Assembly: GCA_031835245.2 (NCBI GenBank)
Contig: JAVKOQ020000018.1
Span: forward strand, 248,001-312,000
Origin: Balamuthia mandrillaris
Lineage: Eukaryota
Direction: 5' to 3'
DNA length: 64,000 nucleotides
In this document: positions 25,016 through 36,033 of the stretch, in pieces
Position numbering within the stretch: position 1 is the first letter of the stretch
Layout: each line of letters opens with the position of its first letter
Position numbers and translations under genes: made by a program
The notes under the pieces: generated by a model
What the model was told of the DNA's origin: nothing
Databases searched by the model: none
Seen by the model: only the letters and a program-made list of their open reading frames with translations

Positions 25016-25729
25016 ATGAAGCAATTTTTCACCCGCACTCGCCGCTCCCTACGACCACAACCTGAACCTTCTTCTTCTTCTTCCCCTTCCTCCTCCTCCT
25101 CCTCCTCCTCCTCCTCCTCCTCCTCTAGTGCGGCGACCACTGCGACCGAGCCCACGTCCACAGCCACAACGACACCCTTACCCAACGAAACAACCACTGC
25201 TTTGGCCTTTCTTTGGGCGTGGCAACAAAACCAACAACACCAGCCGCAACAGGACGCCGACACGAAGCAAGCCCATCTTGGTGTTTTGCCTTTTGAATTG
25301 ATTCGTCAGATAGTGGAACATCATCTGCCTCACGTTCGATTCTACGAGACCAGGAACACATGGGGCTGGGGTGGCGGTGGTGCAGGTCCTCTGCTCAAAG
25401 TAAGGTTTGTTGGTGTGGCCAGCTCTGCTGGCATCGAAGCTCTCTTCGTGAACGACGTGCCTGTGCATCAACCTCTTATTGAAAAGAAGAAGAAACAAAA
25501 AGAAGCAGAGAATGAAGGAGAAGGTGAAGAACGAGAACCAGAACAAGAAGAATATTTGGAGGTTAGTTGGGAGAGGGAACACAATGGCGTGGACTCGACG
25601 AGAGCGGCCAAGCCGCACACAGCGAAGCTGTCCTTCTCTCCCGATAGGACAAAGTTTGAGGGCGGCTGCTATCACCACAACGAAGGCGTCATCGGTTGGT
25701 TTGGCGAACAAAAGAAGCCTCACCCCTAG
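25016..25729 (+). CDS. Hypothetical protein with an F-box-like segment (intronless)
   Basis: ATG 25016 in ORF 24734..25729; HLGVLPFELIRQIVEH followed by a beta-strand-rich C-terminus. Confidence 0.55.
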   Translation: MKQFFTRTRRSLRPQPEPSSSSSPSSSSSSSSSSSSSSAATTATEPTSTATTTPLPNETTTALAFLWAWQQNQQHQPQQDADTKQAHLGVLPFELIRQIVEHHLPHVRFYETRNTWGWGGGGAGPLLKVRFVGVASSAGIEALFVNDVPVHQPLIEKKKKQKEAENEGEGEEREPEQEEYLEVSWEREHNGVDSTRAAKPHTAKLSFSPDRTKFEGGCYHHNEGVIGWFGEQKKPHP

Positions 25730-25907
25730 AAGCAAACTAGAGGATGCCTGCCCGCATAGCGCACGGTGCAGAATCGTAATTTATCACCAATTTTGTCGAT
25801 AAACTCCCATTTTTTTCGATACGTTCAGCGAAATTGAAACGTACGTCATCGTTTCTTATTTGGATAGTGAATGACATCAGCAATTTCACTCGTCAAAAGA
25901 AACAAAA

Positions 25908-26708
25908 ATGGCAGCAGCGGACTCGGGTTTGCACTTTGAGAGCGCCACGGAGGACCTGTTGGATGAACTCTATGCCTTGGAAGTCGCTTGTACTCTCTCC
26001 TCACCCTCCCCACTTTTCCGATCAAACGGGGGCTCGTTAACTTGTCCTTTTATTTCCTAGCCTATCCCTCCGATGAAGCTGCCACTAAAGAAAAGATGAG
26101 GTTACGGCTGACGGCGGCTGCTCCGTTCTTCAGGGTCGCTTTTCAGAAAGACGGAGGAGAGGAGGAAAAACGTTTGGTGGGCTTTGTTTGCAGCACTTTG
26201 GTGGAGGGCGATTCGCTCACCCATAGCTCCATGGCCGAACACGCTCCTCATGGAAGTACGTTACAAGTCATCTTTTTCTGTTGTCTATAGTAATTTGCTT
26301 TTACTATTTCTGTTTCTGTTTCTGTTTCTTTTTCTTCTTCTTTTTATTCTTTCTTTCTTTTCCTTCTTTTCCTGTTTTTTATTATCTTAATATTTTTTCA
26401 CGTTGCGTTACTCTCGGCCTTTTAACAAAACACCAACACAAAAACACAAAGCGACCCTTTGCATCCACTCTGTTGTCATTCATAAAGACTTTAGAAGAAA
26501 AGGTTTTGGGACGAAGATGCTGCGGGCCTACATGGACCACATCGCAGAGCAGCACCCTGAAATCACTCTCGTGCTCCTCATCACTCACCAATACCTCGTC
26601 TCTTTCTACCAAAGCTGTGGCTTTCGGTTGGTTGGAAAGAGCTCTGTGGTGCATGGTCCTGATCCTTGGTTCGAGATGGCACTCACACCTTCTCCATCTT
26701 CTTCATGA
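25908..26708 (+). CDS. GNAT acetyltransferase, Paa1/AANAT-like (3 exons)
   Basis: YPSDEAATKEKMRLRL, LVGFVCST, LCIHSVVIHKDFRRKGFG (acetyl-CoA motif A), LVSFYQSCGF, VHG...WFEM. Confidence 0.9.
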
Positions 26709-26807
26709 GTAAACGTTCATTATTCAAGCAGAAGGCACACCTAAAGTTTATTTTCTTACAAAGAAAAGAGGAATGGAGAGGAATGAAAAAGACGAAAGCG
26801 TTACGTT

Positions 26808-27547
26808 TCAACAAAATCCAGAACAGCCATAACGATGGCATCTATAACAGTAGCTGCTGCCAGAAGAGGGTCCACCTGTTGGGAAGTGATTGATGATGTT
26901 TCTTTGCATCTCATGCATGGTTCGGCTTATCTGAGATTGCAAGGCGATGGCCTGGTGAGCACGTGCCAACGCGGCTTGTTTGATGCTCTCCTTCAGTTGA
27001 GGAGTTGGGGCAATGTCAGGAGAGACTTCGAAACCAGCCTTGCTCAATGAGGCTAAGTGCTTGTCAGTCGTCTACATTCACAAAGAATACAAATAATGAA
27101 AAAAAGAACGAAAAGGAGAGAAGAAAGACACATAAACGAAACCTCTAAAAGTTCATCGAGAGCCACCAAAAGAAACGCTTCAGCCCCAAGTTTTGGAGGT
27201 TCGCCACACGCGTGGTCGTAGAGCTTGCACGCTTTCTCGAACACTTCTTGCGTCAAAGGAGGATCCCCGAAAAACGCGTTCATTTGGTTGAACTCATGGA
27301 GGCTCAACTCACCATCAGAGTCACTATCGAAACGATTGAAGATGGTTAATAAGATGCCTCTATAGTTGTCGGTAAGCGTTCCGTCAGAGAGCACAAGAGG
27401 AGCTTTCGGCTCAAACTGCCAGTTGAACGGCAATTGTGTTTGTTGCTTGCGCAGAGCCTTTCGTTGGTTTTCTTGTTCGTTTAATTCTTGTTGGTAGAGA
27501 GCCTGCCAAACGTCTTGTTCGTTTTGTTGTTGCGGTTGTCCCCACAT
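26808..27547 (-). CDS. EF-hand protein with Gln-rich N-terminus and Cys-rich tail (2 exons)
   Basis: IFNRFDSDSDGELSLHEF is a canonical EF loop; tail YCYRCHRYGCSGFC. Confidence 0.7.
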
Positions 27548-27712
27548 AATTTTCGTTCTTCTCTCTGGCTGTCCTCGCTCTGTCCTCTCAATATTGCTTG
27601 CTTTCTCCCCAGGAAACAAACAAAGATGCAAAGCTATAGTTTGGTTACAAAAATGAAGAGTGTTCAATACGGGTCAACGGGACATTTATTGGGAGTTGAT
27701 AAAAACAAATGA

Positions 27713-29082
27713 CTAAATGATCACTGAATCCGAGTGATCATTGTGGAGTTGAACGAACCTGCGAAGACCTTCTTTGAGCGTGTTTGTGTCTGGGACGTCC
27801 ATGAAGCCTTTTTGTATGTTTGAAACGCTAAGAACTGAGCGAAGAGCAAAACAGATGTGTTATTGCGAGTATACCTATTCGAATGTGACCAGGCAGACCG
27901 AAGAAAGTGCCTTGAGTGACACCGGTGTCATGCTCTCGTATCAACCTCTTCACGAATTCGTTATCATCAATGAGTTGGCCTGTATCAGCACATTCATGAG
28001 AAAGAGGAACAAGTGAGAGAGAAGAGAGGAGAGGGCGAAAAAACAGAGACCTTTATCATTTCGTGGCAATTCAGCGATGAGAGTGTTGCCGCCATCAGGA
28101 GCAAAGAACTGCACTCCACCGTCGGATAATATCTGTTTCACAATTGCATAGCGTTCCTCGCGCAGTTGTCTTATATCATGCAACACCTGTCATAACACAA
28201 CGGCCCTTTACAAACGAGGAAGAGACTACTAGAAGAGGGAAATAAAACGAGAAAGAGAAGTACTGACCGTATCACGATGCTCAAAGAATTGAAGCCACAG
28301 ATTTTCCAACACAGCAGAATTGGCCACAGCGGCCACCGTATTATAGGCGATAACGCCTTCCACAATATCCTTATTGCAAGATAGCACAGCGCCCATGCGA
28401 ATACCTGACAAACCATACGTCTTCGTGGTGCTTGTAGTACAAACCACGTCTCGCCCTAAGGTTGCCGCACATGGAATGTCCCCTGATACTGCCATCTCTC
28501 TATATATCTCATCTATCATCAAGATGGTCCGTCTTTTTTGTTCATGGTGACCGCTTTCGTTGCTTGAGGAAGAAGAGTTGTTGAAAGCTTCTATCAACTG
28601 AACAATCTCGGAAAGGTTGCGAACGGCAAAGGAGCTTGGGTTATGAAGGTTGGTGAGGAGGACCACCCGTGGGTGATGTTCCTCCAAAAGGGCTTTTAAT
28701 TGTTGGAGGTCCACTTGAAAGCCGTTTTGAGGCGTTCTGGGAAGATCCACCACCTTGGCGCCAGTGGCTTTGGCTGAGGCGTGCAATGCCTTTTTGTTCA
28801 ATGCTGTTGTTTAGAAAAAGACGCAAAGAAGAACAGAAGAAAGAAACGGCAAGAAAGAAGGAAAGAGAAGACAAAAAAAAAAAAGAATGAGAAGTAAAAC
28901 CTCATAGCCAGGTCGTTCAACCAGAATGGTGTCTTGATGGTCAGCGAGGACGTGAAGCACGTGATGGTTGGCCAAGGAGCCGCCCCCCGCGATCAGCACT
29001 ATGTCCTCTGGTTGCATACCATACGCCAAACCAACCTTCTCACGAGCAGCAGGGCTTCCTCCTAAAACCACAACTATCAGAG

Positions 29083-29125
<43 letters not shown>

Positions 29126-29378
29126 AACGACAAGAAAGAAAGAAACGACAAGAAAGAAAGAAAGAATGAAAGAAACGACAAGAAAGAAAGTGAGAACAGA
29201 AAAGATAAAAACGAAAGGAACCGCCATGAAGAGAGTCTTTTGTCCAAAGAGGGTCGAAACGAAAGGGTACTTTGAGACACGTGTCGGAGGGGCCGTTGCT
29301 GCCGCGAAGGTCGTAGGTGACGGGCTGCCTGCGATGGGCTCTATCCGCGTAATGCCACAAGTATTCCGAGCGCTTCAT
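27713..29378 (-). CDS. PLP-dependent class I/II aminotransferase (multi-exon)
   Basis: ILVERPGYE, LLTNLHNPS, MIDEIY, STTKTYGLSGIRMG (PLP Lys), GTFFGLPGHIRIGF; stop TAG at 27713. Confidence 0.92.
29085..29192. repeat. Intronic (AAAG)n repeat with ACGACAAG units
   Basis: Directly visible in the first aminotransferase intron. Confidence 0.9.
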
Positions 29379-29484
29379 TCCTTTCTTTGCTCTTTTTCCT
29401 CTCGAAAATTCGTGTCGTCATGATGAATACAATCCCTTTTTAATGAATTTTTCTTCGAAAGAAAGAAACTCAGCACCACCAAGA

Positions 29485-29832
29485 ATGGCCAGCCAGGACG
29501 CCGCACAGCCCACCCAACTGGCGCTCGTCCAGCTACAAATGGACTCCTACATCCAGAAGCTGTATGACCTCCTGGTCCAGCTGCGCTCCAAGATGTGCAA
29601 CGAGTCATCCTTGGGATTGATGCCCTACATGATCTTTCCCTCCAGCGAGCTCTTGGAGATGGCCACGCGCATGCCCACCACCCTGGAGCAGCTCCAAGCA
29701 TGTGGGGTCATCTCCCAGAAAAAGATTTGGACGTATGGACCGCGCTTTGTCTCTGTGATTTGCGAGTTTGTGGCCTGCAACCCGCCAGCCCGCCTCCTCA
29801 GATACCAAGCCCTCACTGAACCAACAGACTAA
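29485..29832 (+). CDS. Stand-alone HRDC-domain protein (115 aa, intronless)
   Basis: LYDLLVQLRSKMCNE...PYMIFPSSELLEMATRMPTTLEQLQACGVISQKKIWTYGPRFVSVI fits the RecQ/RNase D HRDC pattern. Confidence 0.8.
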   Translation: MASQDAAQPTQLALVQLQMDSYIQKLYDLLVQLRSKMCNESSLGLMPYMIFPSSELLEMATRMPTTLEQLQACGVISQKKIWTYGPRFVSVICEFVACNPPARLLRYQALTEPTD

Positions 29833-30199
29833 ACTGGTGGTTGTTTACCACGTATAATAAAGCTGATGATGACCAACACTGGACCAGAGAGTGAAGCTCT
29901 CCTTTGCTGGGAGACTGATGGAAAGGACAAAATGGTTCACATGTTCAGTTGTTTTATCAGGGTTTGCTCCTTGGGTGATGTGCTGAATCCTGCGTTGACT
30001 TTCAGCAATGTTCGCCTGCTTGCTTCATTAGCATACAATGATTATGGCTACATTTTTTTTGGAGTTTTCTGAGCTTCATTCGCTCCAATCAGTTTCAAAC
30101 CTGTTCTTCCTATTTAACATGGTTGGCTTGGCCAGGGTTTTTTGCATTGTACCTATCACACACACTTTCTCTTTTCTGTCACAAAGCAAAACTCGAACT

Positions 30200-30667
30200 A
30201 TGTTATGCCTTCTTTGTGATCAGCCCACAGATTTCCAATGTGTAAACTGTGCTGAACCCATTTGCGTGTTTCATAGCTTTGACCACACCCATGTGGCCCG
30301 TCAAAGCCACACCACCATGACGGTCTTGCAGCAACGTCTGTGCGCCTTCTGCAATGATGTGAACCTAATAATTGATGACGAATGGAAAATGGTACATTAT
30401 TGCTTCATCCTGAACTTCATCTGTCTTTTTCTAACAACTACTCTTCAGGTTCAACTGATATTTGTATTGAATATACTCATCCTGCCCATACCCTGTGTAT
30501 GCTACTATGCGATGACCTGCCCAGACAGGGTCAAGAAGAAAGTGGAAGAGTACAACAAAACACTTTTCTCACAAACCCATCAAGGTCACCTGAGGCAAAC
30601 ATGCATTCTTCCTCTATCCCGCCAGCCATTTCCAAGCCCCGCAACCCCGGTTCATGAGCCATCATGA
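30200..30667 (+). CDS. Small Cys/His-rich (zinc-finger-like) single-TM protein, possibly frameshifted
   Basis: CLLC...CVNC...CVFH...CAFC, a short intron, then hydrophobic LIFVLNILILPIPCVCYY. Confidence 0.45.
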   Translation: MLCLLCDQPTDFQCVNCAEPICVFHSFDHTHVARQSHTTMTVLQQRLCAFCNDVNLIIDDEWKMVHYCFILNFICLFLTTTLQVQLIFVLNILILPIPCVCYYAMTCPDRVKKKVEEYNKTLFSQTHQGHLRQTCILPLSRQPFPSPATPVHEPS

Positions 30668-30901
30668 GAATGCAGCCGAAGAGGACGGTACCGACAAGAG
30701 GCCCCTCCTGAGCCCCGCCGATACCGTGCCAAAGTACTCGCGAAAAAATATCCGCCTATCAGGAATTCCCAAGCATCCAAATTTAAAATATTTGAAGCAT
30801 GTAAATAATTTGAAGCATTCGTTACTATTTTTGGTAACCAAACATTTGCAAAACAACCAGCAAAATGAGGGGAGATGCCCTTTTTTATTTTTTTTGTGCG
30901 T

Positions 30902-31624
30902 TCAGCCATCATCGTCCGTCGATAAAGCCTCCTCGTACCACCGCCTATCCATGGCCCACTCCGCTATGCGCGTCTGACCGAGGCTCCAGGCCACGCACTC
31001 CGTGAGCGCGAGGGCGCCGATGATGTCCCCGTCGCTGGTCTTGGTGCATCCCGTGCGCACCCGCTTCACGATCCACCGGACCACGCCCAAAGACCCCTTG
31101 TGGATCGCTCGCATGTGCAACGTGTGGATGGACGTGGCGGGCACCGCGTCGCCCGGTTTCCACGCGCACACCGCCTCCGTTTTGCTGAAGGGGGAGCGGT
31201 CGCCAAACTTGCGGCAGTAGACGCACTTGTGTCGGGTCTGCCATTTGAGCCAGTCGAAGGGGTCCTCGCATCTGAAAAGCTCCTCCAGCACGTCCGGGCG
31301 GTCAGCGTCCACCAGCTTCAACAACAACTCGTCCGGGAGGTAGGGCTGACGCCCTCCGTATTCCTTTATCAACCCCCGTCTCGCTTTGGGGAACCCCAGC
31401 GACCAGTTCAGCAGGTCCGGCGAAGGGGCGTTCATCACCGCCGATGCGCGCAGGCATCTCGCACAGAGCATCCATCGCGCCATCGCGATGCCCCTCCACT
31501 TGCGACACACCAACCCAAGCACATGGAGCCAATCCCACAAATACAATCGCGCCTCGAGGAACACCATGTTCCATAGCTCGGATGGAAGCTCCTCCCATGG
31601 CGGTGGAGCTGTCCTCTCCTTCAT
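30902..31624 (-). CDS. Giant-virus-style F-box plus degenerate ankyrin-like repeat protein (intronless, GC-rich)
   Basis: PWEELPSELWNMVF...LGLVCRKWR; AIHKGSLGVVRWIV; AWSLGQTRIAEWA. Confidence 0.7.
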   Translation of the reverse strand: MKERTAPPPWEELPSELWNMVFLEARLYLWDWLHVLGLVCRKWRGIAMARWMLCARCLRASAVMNAPSPDLLNWSLGFPKARRGLIKEYGGRQPYLPDELLLKLVDADRPDVLEELFRCEDPFDWLKWQTRHKCVYCRKFGDRSPFSKTEAVCAWKPGDAVPATSIHTLHMRAIHKGSLGVVRWIVKRVRTGCTKTSDGDIIGALALTECVAWSLGQTRIAEWAMDRRWYEEALSTDDDG

Positions 31625-32318
31625 TGTTCTTTCTTATAAATAAATTGGGCGGATGTGGAGGTGGATAAATTAAAAGAGGGAGGCCGAATCGTCAGAAGGC
31701 AGGGTCTCAGGTTCGAGGCGTCTCTGCTCAGCAGCAGCTTGGCCGTTTCGAGGCCGCCGCCCGCTATGGCTGTGCGCATAAGTCCCACGAAGTCCGGCTT
31801 GGCGTTCGACTGGCATGTTGGAACCACCCTGTCCAGGTACCAGCGAAGCACACTTACAGAACCCTTCCCCGCGGCATGACAGGCTATTGCACAGGGGGCA
31901 TCGAGGGCTTTCCGTACTTTTGGCAGTACATGCAACACTCGCAATCCACAGACTCGGGCAGAGTGGCCATGTCCTCCAGTATGTCCGCACAATCCATGGA
32001 CACCAGCGCCGCCACCAAACAGGACATGGGATATCGGCGACTGTGGTCTTTGTAGTGGGCCACCAGCGCTTCCACGAACCTCGGCTTCCCGACGGCCCAC
32101 CTCAGAACCTCGGGCGGGCGGCGCATGACCATGGTGCCAAGGTTCGGCGTCTTCCTGGTGTCGTACCCATGGGAGAACATGATCGCCCTCCATCGGCGGC
32201 ACACCTCAGCAAGCAGGGGCGCCCTGCGCCACAGCGAGCGTTCCCCCAGTATCGCATGCCAGATCTCGACGGGCAGCTCCTCCCACGGCGTCGGTGCATT
32301 TGCTGTGGTATCCTCCAT
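31621..32318 (-). pseudogene. Frameshifted paralogue of 30902..31624 (F-box plus ankyrin-like)
   Basis: PWEELPVEIWHAIL...AEVCRRWR...CMYCQKYG stops at 31884; the ankyrin-like AAGKGSVSVLRWYL...AIAGGGLETAKLL continues in another frame (ORF 31621..32202). Confidence 0.65.
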
Positions 32319-32750
32319 ATCGTTCTCTCTTGTGCGGTTCGTGGGAAAGAACGACGACGTCCAAAACAGCCTTTTTATGTTCCGCACCCCCTTGTCAAAC
32401 TGCCCCTCGAGCTCAAGGCGTGCTACGTTATCTTACACCACGGCGGGGCTTGCTCTCTCGCCCAGAATCGGACTGTCCTGCCTATGCGTCTTACGGGCGT
32501 GCTGCCAACTGCACCACGAGAGAACAACCGTTCGTAGTTGTGGACGTTATTATTGTCGCTATTAAACAGCGGCACATTTTTGAACGAAATTTGGCGTAAA
32601 CAAGAGAAGAAAGTCGTGTCACGCCGCCGTTGCCTTCATTTTTGCTACCACACAAGCCACTTTCTTCCTCCTGTAAAACCACATACGCACACAACGCACG
32701 GAAACTCCCTTTGTTCCCACTCCTTTTTTTTTTTTTGCATCCGCCTCACC

Positions 32751-33453
32751 ATGGACAACCTTGAGTTTATGAACCAACCGCGCCATTCCATCTACCCAAA
32801 GATGTCTTGCACGGACTATGGCTGTTTGTTTCTCTGAGCTCATTCTCGTCTTTTGCTTTTATATTTTCGTGTTTGATCTTCTTTCTCTCGGTCTCTCACT
32901 CTCGTCCTTCCCTCTTCCTCTGTTTAGTTGCCTACACTGCCGCAGGAAGTTCGGTGGGTGCCATCGGTGGCGCCGCGCTTGGAGCCTACAAAGCAGCGAA
33001 GCTCAAAGGCCACCCCGAACTCTCCTTCACCGGCTTACTACTGGGCAATTCCATTCGCTACGGCCTCTACTTGGGCGCTCTCTCTGGCATGGTCTCCTAT
33101 TTCCATTGCTCTTTGGACCAGTATGCTCCCTTCCATTCTTGTTCCTCTCTTTGTCCTCTCGTTCACTTTGCTCTGTTCTCTCTATGCCTCCTCCTCTTGC
33201 ACTCCTCCTCTAACCTCCTTCTCTTTGCCTCAACAAAAACAGGTATAGAGGAGTAACAGACCTGTGGAACGCGTTGGGAGCCGGCGTGGCGGCCGGCAGC
33301 TTGGCCAGCTTGCCCATCAACCGCTCCTTGATGGGGTCGTTGCGCACCGGGCTCTTCATGGGCCTCTTCTGGACGGCCATGAACTACTCCCAGATGACTC
33401 CCATGCACAGCAAGGAGATGCGGAAGAAGATTGAAACCGTGGCTCACAAGTAG
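32751..33453 (+). CDS. Tim17/Tim22/Tim23-family membrane protein (3 exons)
   Basis: Gly-zipper TMs GSSVGAIGGAALG and YGLYLGALSG; CSLDQYRGVTDLWNALGAGVAAG fits the family R-x-x-x-D-x-x-N motif. Confidence 0.8.
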
Positions 33454-33603
33454 CCTTGGTCTCTCCGTTGTCTTTGTTTTTCCAGTCGAAAGTGATATAC
33501 ATACAATGCATTCCTCTCTGTACATAATACAATCAAGTCTGGTTCTGAGAACTGGAGTACGAGGAGAGAGAGAGAGAAGAGAGAAGAGGAAGAGAGAGAG
33601 AGA

Positions 33604-33647
<44 letters not shown>

Positions 33648-33869
33648 CACATGCGAAGAAGAAGAAGCAGCACGCTACAACTTGTGATAAGGGGCGAGGC
33701 CAAGCCCACGGCAACCCGACAGAAAATCGGCGTAAAATCCTCGCCTCTGACCCTCCCCATCCTTCTTTCCTCCTCTTGTCCTGTCTCCTCCGTTGCCACA
33801 ATAAGAGAACCAGTTTCTCCCCTTCTTCCTTTCCTTCTCTTTGAAACACACAAACCAACCAACAAAAAA

Positions 33870-34193
33870 ATGAACCTGGAAAACGTGTCCCAGTCAGTGC
33901 GCAACCTGGACTACCACACGCCGGTGGCCCCGCGCTACGTCAGCTTCTTCCGCGGCTACTTCTTCAAGCTGGGCGCGGTGGTGGCGCTCACCATGGGCCT
34001 GGCCCACTGGCAGCTCAACCACTACGAGCGGAGCAGGCGGCGCCTGGCGGCGCTGAGGCGGCAGCTGAAGGAGGAGCGGGACGCCCACATCACGGCGGCG
34101 CCCTCCCCTCAGGAAAAGATCCTGACGGTGGAGGAGTTCAAGCGACGCATGCAGGCCCAAGGGCATGATACGCGTGGCTTCTTTGATGAGTAA
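33870..34193 (+). CDS. Small single-TM coiled-coil hypothetical protein (107 aa)
   Basis: GC3-rich intronless ORF after an A-rich leader; TM YFFKLGAVVALTMGLAHW. Confidence 0.6.
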   Translation: MNLENVSQSVRNLDYHTPVAPRYVSFFRGYFFKLGAVVALTMGLAHWQLNHYERSRRRLAALRRQLKEERDAHITAAPSPQEKILTVEEFKRRMQAQGHDTRGFFDE

Positions 34194-34220
34194 AAAATAA
34201 AGTTTGTTGGAAGGCAGTGG

Positions 34221-35545
34221 TTACTTGTTTTTCTTTGTGGAAGTGGAAAGGTCTGCACTGGTACCAGCTTCTGCTCCTTCTTCTTCTCGTTGCTCGTCTT
34301 CTCCCCGACGATGCGTGGCCATCGGCTTCAGTTCGACAGAAGAGGAGGAAGAGGCAGAAGGCTTTTGCCATTGTCGAGTCTTGGATAGCATTTGTTGGTG
34401 CCTCTCGTGCTCTATCTTGTAAAAGATGGAGCCATCGTAGAGGCCCTTCATGTCCTCCTTCTTGAGGCAGCCGTGACGATCGCCCAGCAGCCAGATGACA
34501 AAGGTCCATTCGAACTTGGCTGCTGTCCAGCCGAAAAAGTCCCAAGCGTCCCTCATGTCCTCCGTCATCCTCCATACTGCTCCTGGTGTCATATAGCTAA
34601 TTTTTTTTTAAGCAGAGGAAGGAAGAAGAATGAAGAAGAAGAAGAAGAAGAAGAAGAAGAAGAAGAAGAACAAGAACAAGAAGAGGAAGAAGAATGAAGA
34701 AGAAGAATAACAACAACAAGAAGTAACAAACCCAGTGTCATCAGGGTCGTACTTCGCCCAGAGACGTAAGAATCTGGCTTCATCAAACTGCCCATGGTGG
34801 TCGTACAAACGGGTGTCGCTGCCGTGGGTGCTACGATGCACGTTCTTCATGTAAATGGTAGTGGTAGGCCACCAGTATGGCGAAGTGGCAAACGCTGTTG
34901 AGAGAGTAGTGGAAGAATAGCAGAGAGGTGAGAAGAAAACAGAGCAAGAAAACAAGGAAGAGAGGACAAAGAGATGAGATGAGAACAGAGCCTATAGAGA
35001 AGCAGTGAAGCATAGAGGAGAGCGAGAGAAGCTAGCTTGGCTGGAAGGAAAAAACTAAACATACCCATGCTAAAGTTCACAAAGGCGCTGGCCCAAGCCG
35101 AGTTGAATGGATTCCATCCGAGCGCCCTGAAGCCCTTGTAGCTCTCATACCAAGTGACCTTGCCGTCATTGTTGCGGTCGAAGAAGGCCACGTGCTTCTG
35201 CAGCGGGGTCATCTTGTGCCAGTCGGGCCTGTAGCGCTCCGCCTCCTCCCTGTGCTCGCGGTGCCTGCGCAGCTCGATCCCGAGGCCCCTTGCCAGCAGC
35301 ACGACTATGGCAAAAGCTCTCGCCAGGAAGAAGAAGCAGAGGGAGAAGGCCTTGTAGCAGGCCCAACGGAACAAGGCCAGAGGGGAGGTGAGGTGGTACA
35401 TGGTGTAGTGCCAGGCGCACATGGCCGCGTCCGAGCAGCTCTCAGAGCCGAGCGGGTGCTGCTGCGGCTTTTTCCATTTCTCTTCCTCAGTGGGTTGATT
35501 TTGTTTCTTCGTGGGGGGAGGGGTTTCAAAAGTGGTGTACTCCAT
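34221..35545 (-). CDS. Caleosin / peroxygenase family protein (3 exons)
   Basis: PLQKHVAFFDRNNDGKV (heme His plus EF hand), GFRALG, NVHRSTHGSDTRLYD..GQF, RDAWDFFGWTAAKFEW, KEDMKGLYDGSIF. Confidence 0.92.
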
Positions 35546-36033
35546 CTTCTTCTCCTCTATGCCTCGCTGGTTGTTTCCTTCTTGATTGTCCTCGTCGTCG
35601 TGGTTGGGGTGTGACTTGGAGTTTCAGAGAGAGTGAAGGCAAACCAACGTTTTCTTTGTGTGTGTTTTCAAAAAGGAGGCACAAAATGGTAGCATTGGGG
35701 GCAGAGTAGCATGGCACCAGCCAGCCAAAACGGTGGGGAGGGGGTAACGTTGCCGTTCCATTGGAGCGCACAAAGGCAGCACCGAAACAGGTTTGCCTTG
35801 CCTCTGCTTTTAGCTTTCTGCCAAGTTTCCGTTTAATTTCAAAGGCTAAAATTCCAGGACGACACGGGAAAGAGAAATATCGGAATTAATTTGAAGAAAC
35901 TTCATTGAAAAATCGGAAAATAGGAAAAAGGAACCAATCGGGTGTTGCCACGCCGCTTACGACAACAAGCAAAAATGGCCACCCAAAAGAAACAAAAACA
36001 AATAAACCAGGGAAGGAGACAACCACAACACCA

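Noticed and set aside
29866..30190. Short ORFs downstream of the HRDC gene
   Set aside because: No motifs, codon bias or coherent splice pattern.
30945..32537. Many overlapping ORFs on both strands of the GC-rich island
   Set aside because: Expected shadow ORFs in GC-rich DNA; only the F-box/ankyrin-like frames show paralogy.
30660..32620. Transposon-like boundaries (TIR/TSD) for the island
   Set aside because: I found no convincing terminal repeats, target duplication or transposase by eye.
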